A DNA stretch of 64,000 nt from Bacillota bacterium (GCA_023443745.1 JAEZTB010000059.1:11998-75997), one strand, 5' to 3'. Counted from the first letter of the stretch, positions 7,709-17,967 are shown. The notes: generated from the sequence alone by a model not told the origin. Numbers and translations: made by a program.

Positions 7709-10015
7709 CTACATGGAGGGTATTTCAAGCTCGGATCTGCCCAAATGGTACGTTTTATCATATACCCTTACGTCGAGCGGCTCACCGCTCTCAAGGGTGA
7801 TTCGTATCGTTTCCCGCAGCATCATCACCCTGATTATCCTTCCTCGATAAAGGATAGAGAAGCTGATGCTTTTCCATCGGGCTGGAAGATGCGGTGCAAA
7901 ATTCAAACCTTCGCCGTCGCTGCGTAGTCCGCCAAAGCCGTAAACAATATTGATCCATGCAGCTGCAATGCTTGTGGTATGTAAGCCTTCACGCGTGTTG
8001 CGGTTGTAGTTGTCCAAATCCAATCGGGTAGCATGTTCGAAAAAGGCAACGGCTTCATCCATGCGCCCTAGCTCACAAGCAAGAATTGAATGGATAGCTG
8101 GAGAAAGCGACGATTCATGTATGGTCCTGGGTTCGTAATACTCATAGTTGATGCGCTTGACTTCTTCCGAAAAAGAGCTGTTATAAAGGTATAGCATCAT
8201 CAGAACATCAGGCTGCTTGATCATATCGGTGCGGTAGATGCGATCATAAGACCAGTGGTGGTAAAGAGGAAACTCTTCTACCGGGATCGAATGGATATCG
8301 GTATGTGGCAGACTGAAAAAGCCGTCATGCTGCTCGATAAGCCCCTGGTCATTCATTGGGATATACATGTTGTCAGCGTAATGCTGCCAGGTTTCAACCT
8401 CGGCATCCGTGATGTTTGTTTTTTCAGCCAGCCTTAAGTATTGCTCAAGGGCAGTCGTCTTCATTGCCTTGAGTACCTCTGCGGCATAATCCAGACTGCG
8501 CTTGGACATATAGTTTGTATAGGCGTTGTTGTTCGCCATCATATGGAACTCATCAGGTCCCATGACACCATAGTACCCATACTGGCCGGTATGTGGGTTC
8601 ATGGCCGCACGGGATTTCAGAAAACGCGCTATTTCCAGCAGCATTTCAGCTCCATAGTCAAACAGGAACTGTAAATCGCCCGTGACATGGACATAATGCC
8701 ATATCCCGTAGGCAACAGCAGTACTTGGCTGGAATTGCAGACTCGCATGCTGCCAGAGGGAACAGGCTTCCTCCCCGTTAAGGGTCGCAACCGGATAACA
8801 GGCACCCTCGCAATCGAGCATTTTGGCACGGTTTTTTGCTTCTTTAAGCGTGTTATACCTGAAAATCAGCAGACTTTGTGCCGCATCGGGATTTGTGAAC
8901 AGATAGAATGGCAGACAGCAGGCTTCCGTATCCCAGAAGGCGTGGCCATTATAGGCTTCTCCGGTTAAGCCCTTTGCTCCGATATTGTGCCGTGGATTGC
9001 CGCCCCGGTAGGTTTGTGCCATCTGAAAGATGCAATACCTAACACCCTGCTGCTCCTCTGCCACATTCTGAGCGTTCTTTTCTGAAAAGGGTTCTAGCAG
9101 GATGTCTGAAGTTTTCCAAAGGTCTTCCCAAAAGGCTTTCTGCCGAGTTAACGCTTTTTCGAAATTATTCTCTGTGGCATGATCAAGCGTTATTATTCCA
9201 GTATCCCACAGTTGTCTTCCTGTTTCGCTGTTATAGAGCATGACGACCGTTTTATCAACAACAGTCCTTCGTCCTTTTTCCAGGGTTATGGAACATTGCA
9301 GCCGGGCAGCCTTCTCATCCTTAACAGTCTCTGCATCGACTGGCTTGCCGTCAATGAACAGCCGCATTCCTGCAAAAACCTCCTGTTTTGACACCACTGT
9401 ACCGCTCTTAAGCATCACGGACCTGCCATCGGCTTCCACCCTGGTATTTCCCCAAAACTTCTTCTGATAACCCTCATGGATCACATCAAAACTTAAACCG
9501 GTTGAAAACCTTATGACACCGGTAAAATTCTCCGGTTCAAATAGAATACGCTGATAGGCACGTTCCCTGTCGGTCATATCCACAAAGCGTATAAAAGTCA
9601 TCCTAAGCGACTTGCCTGTAGCTGTTTTCCAGACAAAGCTGCGTGTGAGCGTGCCTGTACGCAGATCCAATTCTCGGCGGAATTTTTCAAAGGTGCACTT
9701 GCCGAGATCAAGTATTTCCCCATCCAATTCTATGGACAAGCCCAGCCAGTCCGCACTTGGGATCATGAAATGTGTTTTGTCTATGATACCTTTATAAGAT
9801 TTCGGCAGCGTTTCATCAATCTCGTAAACGCCGTTCATATACATACCGCGCAGGCTGTCAATGCTTCCGCCTTCGTCAAAACAGCCACGTGCGCCCATGG
9901 TCTCGTTGGAAATTGAAAAAACAGCTTCCGCAACGCGTGAATAGTCAGGATTAAAACCCTCTTCTATGATTTTCCATGGATCGGTTATAAAATATTTATC
10001 TGCAACTTTAGCCAT
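7709..10015 (-). CDS. GH65-family disaccharide phosphorylase, second divergent paralogue
   Basis: 768 aa. ISNETMGARGCFDEG, GPDEFHMMANNNAYTN, EPRTIHESSLS. Tandem to the first GH65. Confidence 0.85.
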   Translation of the reverse strand: MAKVADKYFITDPWKIIEEGFNPDYSRVAEAVFSISNETMGARGCFDEGGSIDSLRGMYMNGVYEIDETLPKSYKGIIDKTHFMIPSADWLGLSIELDGEILDLGKCTFEKFRRELDLRTGTLTRSFVWKTATGKSLRMTFIRFVDMTDRERAYQRILFEPENFTGVIRFSTGLSFDVIHEGYQKKFWGNTRVEADGRSVMLKSGTVVSKQEVFAGMRLFIDGKPVDAETVKDEKAARLQCSITLEKGRRTVVDKTVVMLYNSETGRQLWDTGIITLDHATENNFEKALTRQKAFWEDLWKTSDILLEPFSEKNAQNVAEEQQGVRYCIFQMAQTYRGGNPRHNIGAKGLTGEAYNGHAFWDTEACCLPFYLFTNPDAAQSLLIFRYNTLKEAKNRAKMLDCEGACYPVATLNGEEACSLWQHASLQFQPSTAVAYGIWHYVHVTGDLQFLFDYGAEMLLEIARFLKSRAAMNPHTGQYGYYGVMGPDEFHMMANNNAYTNYMSKRSLDYAAEVLKAMKTTALEQYLRLAEKTNITDAEVETWQHYADNMYIPMNDQGLIEQHDGFFSLPHTDIHSIPVEEFPLYHHWSYDRIYRTDMIKQPDVLMMLYLYNSSFSEEVKRINYEYYEPRTIHESSLSPAIHSILACELGRMDEAVAFFEHATRLDLDNYNRNTREGLHTTSIAAAWINIVYGFGGLRSDGEGLNFAPHLPARWKSISFSILYRGRIIRVMMLRETIRITLESGEPLDVRVYDKTYHLGRSELEIPSM

Positions 10016-10028
10016 TGATTGTAAACCC

Positions 10029-10913
10029 CTATCCTTTAATTCCAGAAGTCATGATATTCTCCGTTAGCTTCTTCTGGAAAAAGATGAACAAAATAATCGG
10101 CGGTATGATGGAAAAGACGACTGCACGAAGGACATCAAGGTCATTTGTGGTATTGGCATTTCTATATTCAAAAAGCTTTACCATGACAGTCCTGTACTTA
10201 TTATCAAGAACCAGATAAGGCAGCAGAAAGTCCGACCACGCGCCGTTGATGGAATAGATCGCAACAACAACGATAATCGGTTTGGAGAGCGGCGTAACGA
10301 TACGGAAAAAAATCTGTAACGGGCCGCAGCCGTCAATCCGCCCGGCTTCAAGCATCGACTTCGGAAACGAGTCGAAAAACTGCTTGAATAGAATCACAAA
10401 GAATGCATTAGCTCCTGCTGCAAGCCAGAGCGGAGTAAAAAAGCCTGTTAAATGAAGTTTCGTTAGGTTTGCAAAAAGCGGGGTGATGAAAGTCGTCGCA
10501 GGGATCAGCAAAGAAAACATCACCAGTGAATAGATGACGTTATGTCCTTTTGGTTTCAGGATTGACAAGCCATAGGCGAGTAGACCGTTAAAAAGCAGCG
10601 CTGAGACAGTGCTGCCTGCCACAGACCAAATCGAGTTGAGGTAATATGTATAAAACTTCATATCACCCCAGGTCTTTACATATCGACTAAGATCGAAGAC
10701 CTTGGGAAAAAAGCTCTTGTTGCCTAAAAACTGCATCGTACCATAGAATTCCTTGAGTTCCTTAAACCCTGCAAGGAAAACCCATACGATGGGAAAAACC
10801 GAGACCAGAAAAATCACCGCACAGGCGGCATAAATTAGGATCAGCCCTATTTTAACTCCTTTTGAGCGAAGATCAAAGTCCCGTATGACACCGGTTCGCT
10901 GGGTATTGTCCAT
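10029..10913 (-). CDS. CUT1 sugar ABC transporter permease (MalG-like)
   Basis: 6 TM segments. EAA loop EAGRIDGCGPLQIFFRIVTP. Confidence 0.9.
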   Translation of the reverse strand: MDNTQRTGVIRDFDLRSKGVKIGLILIYAACAVIFLVSVFPIVWVFLAGFKELKEFYGTMQFLGNKSFFPKVFDLSRYVKTWGDMKFYTYYLNSIWSVAGSTVSALLFNGLLAYGLSILKPKGHNVIYSLVMFSLLIPATTFITPLFANLTKLHLTGFFTPLWLAAGANAFFVILFKQFFDSFPKSMLEAGRIDGCGPLQIFFRIVTPLSKPIIVVVAIYSINGAWSDFLLPYLVLDNKYRTVMVKLFEYRNANTTNDLDVLRAVVFSIIPPIILFIFFQKKLTENIMTSGIKG

Positions 10914-10928
10914 ATCGCCTCACACTCC

Positions 10929-11876
10929 TTATTCAAAACTCTCTTTACGCTTGTTGACATAGTTATAAATAACCGTGAAGGTGAGCAATAGCAAAGATAT
11001 GGTGACAGATACCGCAGACGCTTTGCCAAAGTCAATCCTTGTCGCGTTCTGAATGTAGCTAAACAGCAGCTGCATCAGTGAAATCGATGCATTGTCAGGA
11101 CCTCCATTTGTCAAAACAAGCGGCTCATACAGGATCTGGAACACAGCGATGATCTGCAATATCAGCAAGGTGCTCCCAAGGTTAAAAATCTGAGGAAGAG
11201 TAATATTCCATGTACGGCGCCAAACACCTGCACCATCGATTGTTGCGGCTTCGTAGAGCTCCGGATTGATTCCTGCAAGCCCGGCCATATAAATCAGGGC
11301 AGTCGCTCCTGCACCTTTCCATGTCATAATGATGACGATCAAAGGAATAATAATTTCAGCGTTTGACAGCCATGGCCTGGCATCAAGCCCCAAATAGCTG
11401 ATGACCACATTAAAGGCTCCTGAAGGTTTAGCAGAGAAGAAGCTTCTCCACATCAAAACCGTTGCGAGTCCAGGCATGATATTGGGAAGATAGGAAGCTG
11501 TACGGAACAATCCCTTTAATCGAGTGGTTTCGCCGATCAGAACGGCTATAATAATTGGAATTACAAACCCAATGGCAAGCGACCATATCGTATAAGCGAC
11601 AGTGTTTTTCAATGCCGACAGGAAATTGGGATCCCGAAAAACAGACATATACTGTTCGAGCCCTACGAATTTTTCCAGTGTAGCACCCTTTGTCCTGAAC
11701 AGGCTCATCACAATGCTTTCACCCATCGGCACCCAAACAAAAAAGGCAAACAGGATTACCGCTGGCAGTATGATAAGCCAGGACGTAAACTGCTCTTTAA
11801 ATATCCAATATTTTGTAGAGTTCTTGCTGATCATTCTTTCACCGCATTTCTGCTTCATTTTTTGATTTAACTTCAT
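10929..11876 (-). CDS. CUT1 sugar ABC transporter permease (MalF-like)
   Basis: 6 TM segments. EAA loop EAATIDGAGVWRRTWNITLP. Confidence 0.9.
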   Translation of the reverse strand: MKLNQKMKQKCGERMISKNSTKYWIFKEQFTSWLIILPAVILFAFFVWVPMGESIVMSLFRTKGATLEKFVGLEQYMSVFRDPNFLSALKNTVAYTIWSLAIGFVIPIIIAVLIGETTRLKGLFRTASYLPNIMPGLATVLMWRSFFSAKPSGAFNVVISYLGLDARPWLSNAEIIIPLIVIIMTWKGAGATALIYMAGLAGINPELYEAATIDGAGVWRRTWNITLPQIFNLGSTLLILQIIAVFQILYEPLVLTNGGPDNASISLMQLLFSYIQNATRIDFGKASAVSVTISLLLLTFTVIYNYVNKRKESFE

Positions 11877-11890
11877 CCATCAAAGTACAA

Positions 11891-11944
11891 ACTGCCCGAA
11901 ACAGCCGATAACACGATTGGTTGTTATTCATCTGTCCGGGCAGT
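11891..11944 (-). terminator. Intercistronic stem-loop / partial terminator downstream of the SBP gene
   Basis: Outer stem actgcccg / cgggcagt with an inner gataac / gttatt helix. On the minus strand it is followed by tttgtactttg. Confidence 0.4.
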
Positions 11945-11958
11945 CCTAAAGTTAAAGT

Positions 11959-13455
11959 CTATTGTGCATCATTAACATATTCGTCAACTAATTTCTGGAA
12001 ATTCTTCTGTGCTCTGTCAAGCAGCTTTTGAACGTCAGCATTCTGATCTGTAAGACACTTCTGTATAACCTTTGTCAGTTCAAGATACATCTCCTGTGCC
12101 ATAATCGGCTCTTCTGCACGAAGCGCACTCTTGTTGTTGATGCAGTCAAAGTAATCCTGGTAGAATCTCATGTCGATATTCTTATACTGGTTAACGACTT
12201 CCAACTCGGCAGCTGTGTATTCCGGGTTATTCCAGGCCTGGATGCGAGGAATAACGGGAACGCCATCGTTGACACGTCTTTCAGCATCGATGCGCATGCC
12301 GTCGATAACCTCCTGGGTAAGGACTGGCGCTCTGGCCATCAACTCAAGATAGGCAAGGCAAGCGGAGATTTGATCCGGGGTGGCATTCGGAGCAAACATA
12401 TAGGCTGTGCCGCCGGCAAGCATATACTGATCGCCTTTCGGGCCGGCCGGGAAAGGAACAAGGGCAAGTTTGTCGACCGCCAGGCCATTGACGGCTGTCG
12501 GGTTATCCACAGCATCGTTGGCACCGAAATACATACCGGCTCCGCCTGTTCCCAGCTGTGTCAACCCAGAGCCCCAGTTTTCCTGGGCCGGATCGGCTGT
12601 AAGACAGTCATATTTCCATTTGAGGTCCTTCACGTATTGCATAGCCGCAACGCATTCCGGGGTATTCAGGTGTGCGTTCCATCTGCCGTTGTCATATGTT
12701 TCGAGCACTGCCCCATAGTTCCAGGCAATGTTTGAGAAATGCCAGCCACCGCCGCCATCCATCGCCAGCAGGCATAGACCGGGAGTACCTGTTTTCTGCT
12801 TGATGGTCTGAGCGGTCACGGCAAGCTCATCCAGTGTCTTGGGATATTTCGGGGTACCATCATCATTCATTAATCCGGCTTGTTCGAATATTTCAACGTT
12901 TAGCATCAGTCCCAGGCCGTAAGAATCACGGGGGAGACCGAAAATTCTACCATTGCCATCCGAGAGCATTTTCTTGTAGCCTGGGTTCATGTATTGTTCC
13001 CAGCCTTTTTCCTTGAGTACATCGGTGATATCCGCAACAAGACCGGCGTTAATAAGCCTCTGCGGTTCGGTGAACCAGGGCTGGAAGATCGTCGGTGCAT
13101 TTCCGGCAGCAGCCATAGTTACATATGTATCTACCGCGTAAAAATAATAATTTTCTTCGATTGTGACCTTGGGATACAGTTCCTTCATCTTTGCTACATA
13201 ACCCTTATGCATGGCAAGTTCAGTCTCTGGCGCGGTGTCCGATGGCCAGATGCCAAGTTTGATGGTTGCAGTGAGGTTGGGGTCTCCAACATTTGCATTA
13301 CCCGACGGCGTGACCTCGGCTGAAGGCGTTTCGGAAGCGGGTGTCGATGTCGTCTGTGACGGGGTAGGTTTGTCTCCTTCAGTTGGGGATGTTCCACAGC
13401 TTGTCGTCACGAGCAAGACGATCGCTAGAGTTAAGGCGGCAAATGCTTTTTTCAT
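11959..13455 (-). CDS. Extracellular sugar-binding lipoprotein of the CUT1 ABC importer
   Basis: Lipobox LLVTTSCG, Ser/Thr/Pro linker, family-1 SBP body. Confidence 0.9.
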   Translation of the reverse strand: MKKAFAALTLAIVLLVTTSCGTSPTEGDKPTPSQTTSTPASETPSAEVTPSGNANVGDPNLTATIKLGIWPSDTAPETELAMHKGYVAKMKELYPKVTIEENYYFYAVDTYVTMAAAGNAPTIFQPWFTEPQRLINAGLVADITDVLKEKGWEQYMNPGYKKMLSDGNGRIFGLPRDSYGLGLMLNVEIFEQAGLMNDDGTPKYPKTLDELAVTAQTIKQKTGTPGLCLLAMDGGGGWHFSNIAWNYGAVLETYDNGRWNAHLNTPECVAAMQYVKDLKWKYDCLTADPAQENWGSGLTQLGTGGAGMYFGANDAVDNPTAVNGLAVDKLALVPFPAGPKGDQYMLAGGTAYMFAPNATPDQISACLAYLELMARAPVLTQEVIDGMRIDAERRVNDGVPVIPRIQAWNNPEYTAAELEVVNQYKNIDMRFYQDYFDCINNKSALRAEEPIMAQEMYLELTKVIQKCLTDQNADVQKLLDRAQKNFQKLVDEYVNDAQ

Positions 13456-13511
13456 TTTATTCCTCCTTACATTATTACACGAAAATGTGCATGTTGCACA
13501 AATCTTGAATT

Positions 13512-13529
13512 AGGTTTAACGGTAAACTA
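13512..13529. promoter_or_regulatory. Candidate LacI-type operator, copy 3 (aggtttaacggtaaacta; core GTTTA-N4-TAAAC)
   Basis: Same GTTTA-N4-TAAAC core as copy 2 at 3417-3434; copy 1 at 3287-3304 carries a degenerate right half. Sits immediately downstream of the -10 of the SBP operon promoter. Confidence 0.5.
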
Positions 13530-13534
13530 CCTTA

Positions 13535-13563
13535 ATGATACACAAAATTATTCTATATGTCAA
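13535..13563 (-). promoter_or_regulatory. Sigma-A-type promoter for the ABC/GH65 operon (TTGACA-17-TATCAT)
   Basis: Minus strand reads TTGACA tatagaataattttgtg TATCAT with a 17-nt spacer. Confidence 0.55.
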
Positions 13564-13643
13564 GCGTAAATCAATATGCGATCCACGGAAAATGATCAGA
13601 AAATCCATAATCTTAAAAGTTGGGATTCCATCTGGACAAGCCT

Positions 13644-13667
13644 CTTGAATTTCACATAAAATTCAAG
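13644..13667. promoter_or_regulatory. Perfect 9-bp inverted repeat (cttgaattt-N6-aaattcaag), possible MarR or other operator
   Basis: Seen directly, 9 nt upstream of the -35 of the MarR promoter. AT-rich, so unlikely to be a terminator. Confidence 0.3.
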
Positions 13668-13675
13668 AAACTATC

Positions 13676-13704
13676 TTGACAATTAATTATCTAACATTTA
13701 TACT
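13676..13704 (+). promoter_or_regulatory. Sigma-A-type promoter for the MarR gene (TTGACA-17-TATACT)
   Basis: TTGACA at 13676-13681, TATACT at 13699-13704. Direct repeat tatctaac occurs twice across the spacer and -10. Confidence 0.55.
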
Positions 13705-13740
13705 ATCTAACTGTATTAGCTAATTGAGGAGAGGTTGAAA

Positions 13741-14190
13741 ATGGATTATACGGGATTGGCCATTGAATTCCTTGAAAAAATGGATAAGCTTCGAAAAGCA
13801 AAAATTCAAAAAAATATTACCGAAGCCTTACAAGGAGAGATGTTTGTTCTTCATTACATTTTTCATAAAGGCGGCGAAGTATTGCCGGGTGATATCAGCA
13901 ATGAAATGGGTGTCAGCTCCGCAAGGATAGCCACAGCCCTCAATAGCTTGGAGAAAAAGGGACTGATTACACGTCAGATTGATATAAGTGACCGCAGAAG
14001 AATAATAGTCCGTTTTACCGAGAAAGGGAAAAATTTTGCCGATAAACATCAGCAGGCGGTTGTGAAATACACGGTCCAAATGTTAAGTCTTTTAGGCGAG
14101 CACGATGCAAAAGAATATGTCCGGATAACCGGTAGATTGGCAGAAGCAGCTGCGCGCTATCATGGGATGAATAAGAACCCAACCCACTAA
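13741..14190 (+). CDS. MarR-family transcriptional regulator
   Basis: Winged-helix core (PGDISNEMGVSSARIATALNSLEKKGLITRQIDISDRRR). ATG at 13741 lies 6 nt after GAGGAGAGG; the ORF-track TTG at 13735 abuts the RBS and is unlikely. Confidence 0.85.
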   Translation: MDYTGLAIEFLEKMDKLRKAKIQKNITEALQGEMFVLHYIFHKGGEVLPGDISNEMGVSSARIATALNSLEKKGLITRQIDISDRRRIIVRFTEKGKNFADKHQQAVVKYTVQMLSLLGEHDAKEYVRITGRLAEAAARYHGMNKNPTH

Positions 14191-14243
14191 AGCAATCAAA
14201 GATATCCCCTAGCATTGGGAACCTTTTTGTTGTCACAAAAACA

Positions 14244-14271
14244 CGCTCACCCAATACGTGAGCGCATTTTT
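14244..14271 (+). terminator. Stem-loop plus T-run between MarR and the ABC exporter genes (terminator/attenuator)
   Basis: cgctcac / gtgagcg 7-bp stem with a 7-nt loop, followed by cattttta. Confidence 0.55.
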
Positions 14272-14326
14272 ACCCAATTAACTAACACTGTTCCATTAGA
14301 ACAACATTACGTATTGGAGGTTTTAT

Positions 14327-16087
14327 ATGCAAAAAATATTTAAGTATCTGCATCCTAAAGAATGGATGCAGGCCGGTATCAGCCTTATATTCATTGTGGT
14401 GCAGGTTTGGCTAGATTTAAAATTGCCTGATTATATGTCTGAAATCACCAAGCTGGTACAAACTCCGGGCAGTGAAATGAAAGATATCTGGATAGCCGGC
14501 GGCTGGATGCTGCTTTGCGCCGTGGGTAGTTTGATAGGAGCTTTTATTGTTGGATTTTTTGCAGCGCGCATCGGAGCATCTTTTTCGCAGCGGCTTCGCA
14601 GTATGCTTTTCAACAAAGTAGATTCCTTTTCAATGGAGGAAATCAATCGTTTTTCGACCTCAAGCCTCATAACTCGCTCCACAAACGATATCACTCAGGT
14701 TCAGATGCTTATTACAATGGGTCTGCAATTGATTATCAAAGCTCCAATCATGGCGGTTTGGGCAGTTACAAAAATTGCCGGTAAGGGTTTCGAGTGGTCA
14801 CTTGTTACTGGCGTAGCCGTCTTGATTTTAATTGTCATGGTTTCATTTGTTATGGTCTTCGTGCTGCCGAAATTCAGAAAAATGCAAACGCTCATGGATA
14901 ACTTGACCCGCGTAACAAGAGAAAATCTTTCAGGGACACGCGTTGTCCGAGCTTACAATGCCGAAGATTATCAGGAACAAAAATTCGAAACTGCGAATGA
15001 AGAACTTACAAGTGCCACTTTATTTACTAACCGCGCCATGTCGATAATGATGCCAGTAATTTCAATGATTATGAGCGGCCTATCACTCTCAATTTACTGG
15101 ATCGGTGCTTATTTGATAGATGCGGCTGGGGCGCCGGATAAGTTAATGCTCTTTTCCAACATGGTCGTTTTTTCGCAGTATGCGATGCAAGTTATCATGG
15201 CGTTCATGATGCTGGTCATGATATTCATCATGCTTCCTCGAGCCAGTGTTTCCGCTAAACGTATTAACGAGGTACTTGATACAGAATCTGCTATTAAAGA
15301 TGGTTACGTAACCTCGGGAAAACCTGGACATGTAGGTGAGGTTATATTCAGTCATGTTAGCTTTAAATACCCTGACGCAGCTGACTATGTTCTCGAAGAT
15401 ATAAGCTTTACGGCAAAACAAGGTGAAACCATTGCCTTTATCGGTTCGACCGGAAGTGGAAAATCAACGCTTATAAACCTTGTCCCACGTTTCTTTGATG
15501 CAACAAGTGGCGAAGTGTTTATAGACGGTGTAAATGTGAAGGATTATAAGCTGGAGACACTTTACAATAAAATCGGTTATGTGCCTCAAAAAGCGGTGCT
15601 GTTCAAAGGAACGGTAAATTCCAATGTAGCTTATGGCGACAACGGAGGCGATGAATACAGTAACAACGATGTTAAAAAAGCCGTACATATAGCACAAGGT
15701 GCGGATTTTGTGGAAATGATGGAAGGTCAATATGACGCGTTGATTGCACAAGGCGGCACGAATGTATCAGGTGGTCAAAAGCAGCGTTTAGCGATTGCCC
15801 GCGCCGTTTGCCGTAAGCCTGAAATCTACATCTTTGATGATTCGTTTTCAGCGCTTGATTATAAGACAGACCGTGTTTTACGTAGTGTATTAAAAAAGGA
15901 AACCGCTGGAGTAACCTGCATGATTGTAGCACAAAGGATTGGTACTATTATGGACGCCGACCAAATTGTCGTGCTTGATGAAGGTAAGGTCGTCGGAAAA
16001 GGAACGCATAAAGAGTTGCTCCGCAACTGTGCTGTATACAAAGAGATCGCTGCATCACAATTAAGCGAGGAGGAATTAGTATCATGA
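14327..16087 (+). CDS. ABC exporter half-transporter (TMD-NBD), heterodimer subunit 1
   Basis: 6 TM segments plus NBD: Walker A GSTGSGKST, signature VSGGQKQRLAIAR, Walker B IYIFDDSFSALD. Confidence 0.9.
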   Translation: MQKIFKYLHPKEWMQAGISLIFIVVQVWLDLKLPDYMSEITKLVQTPGSEMKDIWIAGGWMLLCAVGSLIGAFIVGFFAARIGASFSQRLRSMLFNKVDSFSMEEINRFSTSSLITRSTNDITQVQMLITMGLQLIIKAPIMAVWAVTKIAGKGFEWSLVTGVAVLILIVMVSFVMVFVLPKFRKMQTLMDNLTRVTRENLSGTRVVRAYNAEDYQEQKFETANEELTSATLFTNRAMSIMMPVISMIMSGLSLSIYWIGAYLIDAAGAPDKLMLFSNMVVFSQYAMQVIMAFMMLVMIFIMLPRASVSAKRINEVLDTESAIKDGYVTSGKPGHVGEVIFSHVSFKYPDAADYVLEDISFTAKQGETIAFIGSTGSGKSTLINLVPRFFDATSGEVFIDGVNVKDYKLETLYNKIGYVPQKAVLFKGTVNSNVAYGDNGGDEYSNNDVKKAVHIAQGADFVEMMEGQYDALIAQGGTNVSGGQKQRLAIARAVCRKPEIYIFDDSFSALDYKTDRVLRSVLKKETAGVTCMIVAQRIGTIMDADQIVVLDEGKVVGKGTHKELLRNCAVYKEIAASQLSEEELVS

Positions 16088-17949
16088 GCGAGAATACCGA
16101 AAGAAGAACTCATAGAGTCATGGGCGGCCCGGGGAGACCAGGAGGACGGCCCGGCATGGGGTCCAACGAAAAAGCCAAAGATTTTAAAAAGACATGGGGT
16201 CAACTTATCCGTTATTGTAAAAGCCATATGCCTGTTATTATTATTGCTCTTGTCCTCGCGGCATTAGGCACAGTTCTTCAAATTATAGGCCCCGATTATT
16301 TGAAAGACATGGCAAATGAAATCGGCAAGGGGCTTCCTGCACTGATAAACGGGCAGCCGGTTCTTGGCGTTATCAATATAGACGCTGTGGTTAGTATTGC
16401 TGTATTGCTCGTTTTTTTCTATGCAGGATCAGCTTTGCTCAGTTGTGCAGAAAGCTTTATCATGGCAACGGTGACCGCGAAAATATCCCAAAATATGCGA
16501 ACCGGTATTTCTCAAAAAATCAACAAATTGCCGCTCAAGTATTTTGATAAGACAAGTTATGGCGATGTTCTCAGTCGAGTAACCAACGATGTTGATACCA
16601 TAGGTCAAACACTGAATCAAAGTGTTGACACTCTGGTGAAAGCAATAACCATGTTCGTGGGCTCCTTGATTATGATGTTTTACAACAATTGGATTATGGC
16701 GTTAACCGCCATTGGCTCCACGATCATCGGTTTTGTGTTTATGACCTTAATTATGTCAAAATCTCAGAAGCACTTTACCGCGCAGCAGCAAGGGCTTGGA
16801 GATATTAACGGACATATCGAGGAAGTTTATTCAGGACATAATGTTGTTAAGGCTTATAATGGCGGCAAAGAAGCCAAAAAAACATTTGAAAAAATTAACG
16901 GAACACTTTATGACAGCAGCTGGAAATCTCAATTTTTATCCGGCTTAATGATGCCCATTATGAGTTTCATAGGAAACTTCGGCTATGTAGCCGTGTGCGT
17001 AGTCGGTGCGGCTCTCGCCATGAACGGTACTATTTCATTTGGCGTTATCGTTGCGTTCATGATGTATATACGCCTGTTCACACAGCCGCTATCACAAATG
17101 GCTCAATCGGCGCAAAACTTACAGAGAACAGCCGCCGCAAGCGAGCGTGTCTTTGAATTTTTCGATGAGAAAGAATTAGCGGACGAAAGTCAAAAAATTA
17201 AAAAGCTGGAGAATATCAAAGGTGATGTAGAGTTTAAGAATGTGCATTTTGGTTATGAGAAAGATAAAACCATCATAAATGACTTTTCAGCAAAGATACA
17301 CGCCGGACAAAAAATAGCCATCGTCGGCCCTACCGGTGCAGGAAAAACTACGATGGTCAACTTGCTGATGCGTTTTTATGAGCTTGATGACGGCGAAATC
17401 TGTTTGGACGGAATCCCTACCAATCAAGTCACGAGAGAAAATGTGCATGAGCAGTTTTGCATGGTATTACAGGATACATGGCTTTTTGAAGGCACAATCA
17501 AGGAAAATATTATTTACAGCAAGCAGGCCGTCACAGATCATGAGGTCATACAAGCGTGCAAGGCGGTCGGTCTGCATCACTTTATCCGGACGCTTCCCGA
17601 CGGCTATAATACTGTGTTGAACGATAAGGCGAATTTATCGGCAGGCCAAAAGCAGCTTGTCACGATTGCACGTGCGATGATTCAGAACGCACCGCTTCTG
17701 ATACTGGATGAGGCAACAAGCTCAGTAGACACACGTACTGAAAGGATTGTTCAAGAGGCAATGGATAAACTGACTCAAGGCAGAACGTCGTTTGTTATTG
17801 CACACAGGCTTTCCACCATTCGCAACTCCGATTTAATTCTTGTAATGAAGCACGGTGATATTGTTGAAAGTGGAAACCATGCCGAGCTTCTTGAGAAGGG
17901 CGGATTCTATGCAGAACTGTACAACAGCCAGTTTGAACAGGCCTCTTGA
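16084..17949 (+). CDS. ABC exporter half-transporter (TMD-NBD), heterodimer subunit 2
   Basis: 4-bp ATGA overlap with the upstream gene. Walker A GPTGAGKTT, signature LSAGQKQLVTIAR, Walker B LLILDEATSSVD. Confidence 0.9.
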   Translation: MSENTERRTHRVMGGPGRPGGRPGMGSNEKAKDFKKTWGQLIRYCKSHMPVIIIALVLAALGTVLQIIGPDYLKDMANEIGKGLPALINGQPVLGVINIDAVVSIAVLLVFFYAGSALLSCAESFIMATVTAKISQNMRTGISQKINKLPLKYFDKTSYGDVLSRVTNDVDTIGQTLNQSVDTLVKAITMFVGSLIMMFYNNWIMALTAIGSTIIGFVFMTLIMSKSQKHFTAQQQGLGDINGHIEEVYSGHNVVKAYNGGKEAKKTFEKINGTLYDSSWKSQFLSGLMMPIMSFIGNFGYVAVCVVGAALAMNGTISFGVIVAFMMYIRLFTQPLSQMAQSAQNLQRTAAASERVFEFFDEKELADESQKIKKLENIKGDVEFKNVHFGYEKDKTIINDFSAKIHAGQKIAIVGPTGAGKTTMVNLLMRFYELDDGEICLDGIPTNQVTRENVHEQFCMVLQDTWLFEGTIKENIIYSKQAVTDHEVIQACKAVGLHHFIRTLPDGYNTVLNDKANLSAGQKQLVTIARAMIQNAPLLILDEATSSVDTRTERIVQEAMDKLTQGRTSFVIAHRLSTIRNSDLILVMKHGDIVESGNHAELLEKGGFYAELYNSQFEQAS

Positions 17950-17967
17950 TAAAAAGAGAGGATTTTT

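Noticed and set aside
12028-12735. 235-aa plus-strand ORF (and neighbours 12170-12352, 12470-12718, 12994-13513)
   Set aside because: These ORFs are antisense to the lipoprotein SBP gene and have no RBS or motifs. They are shadow ORFs.
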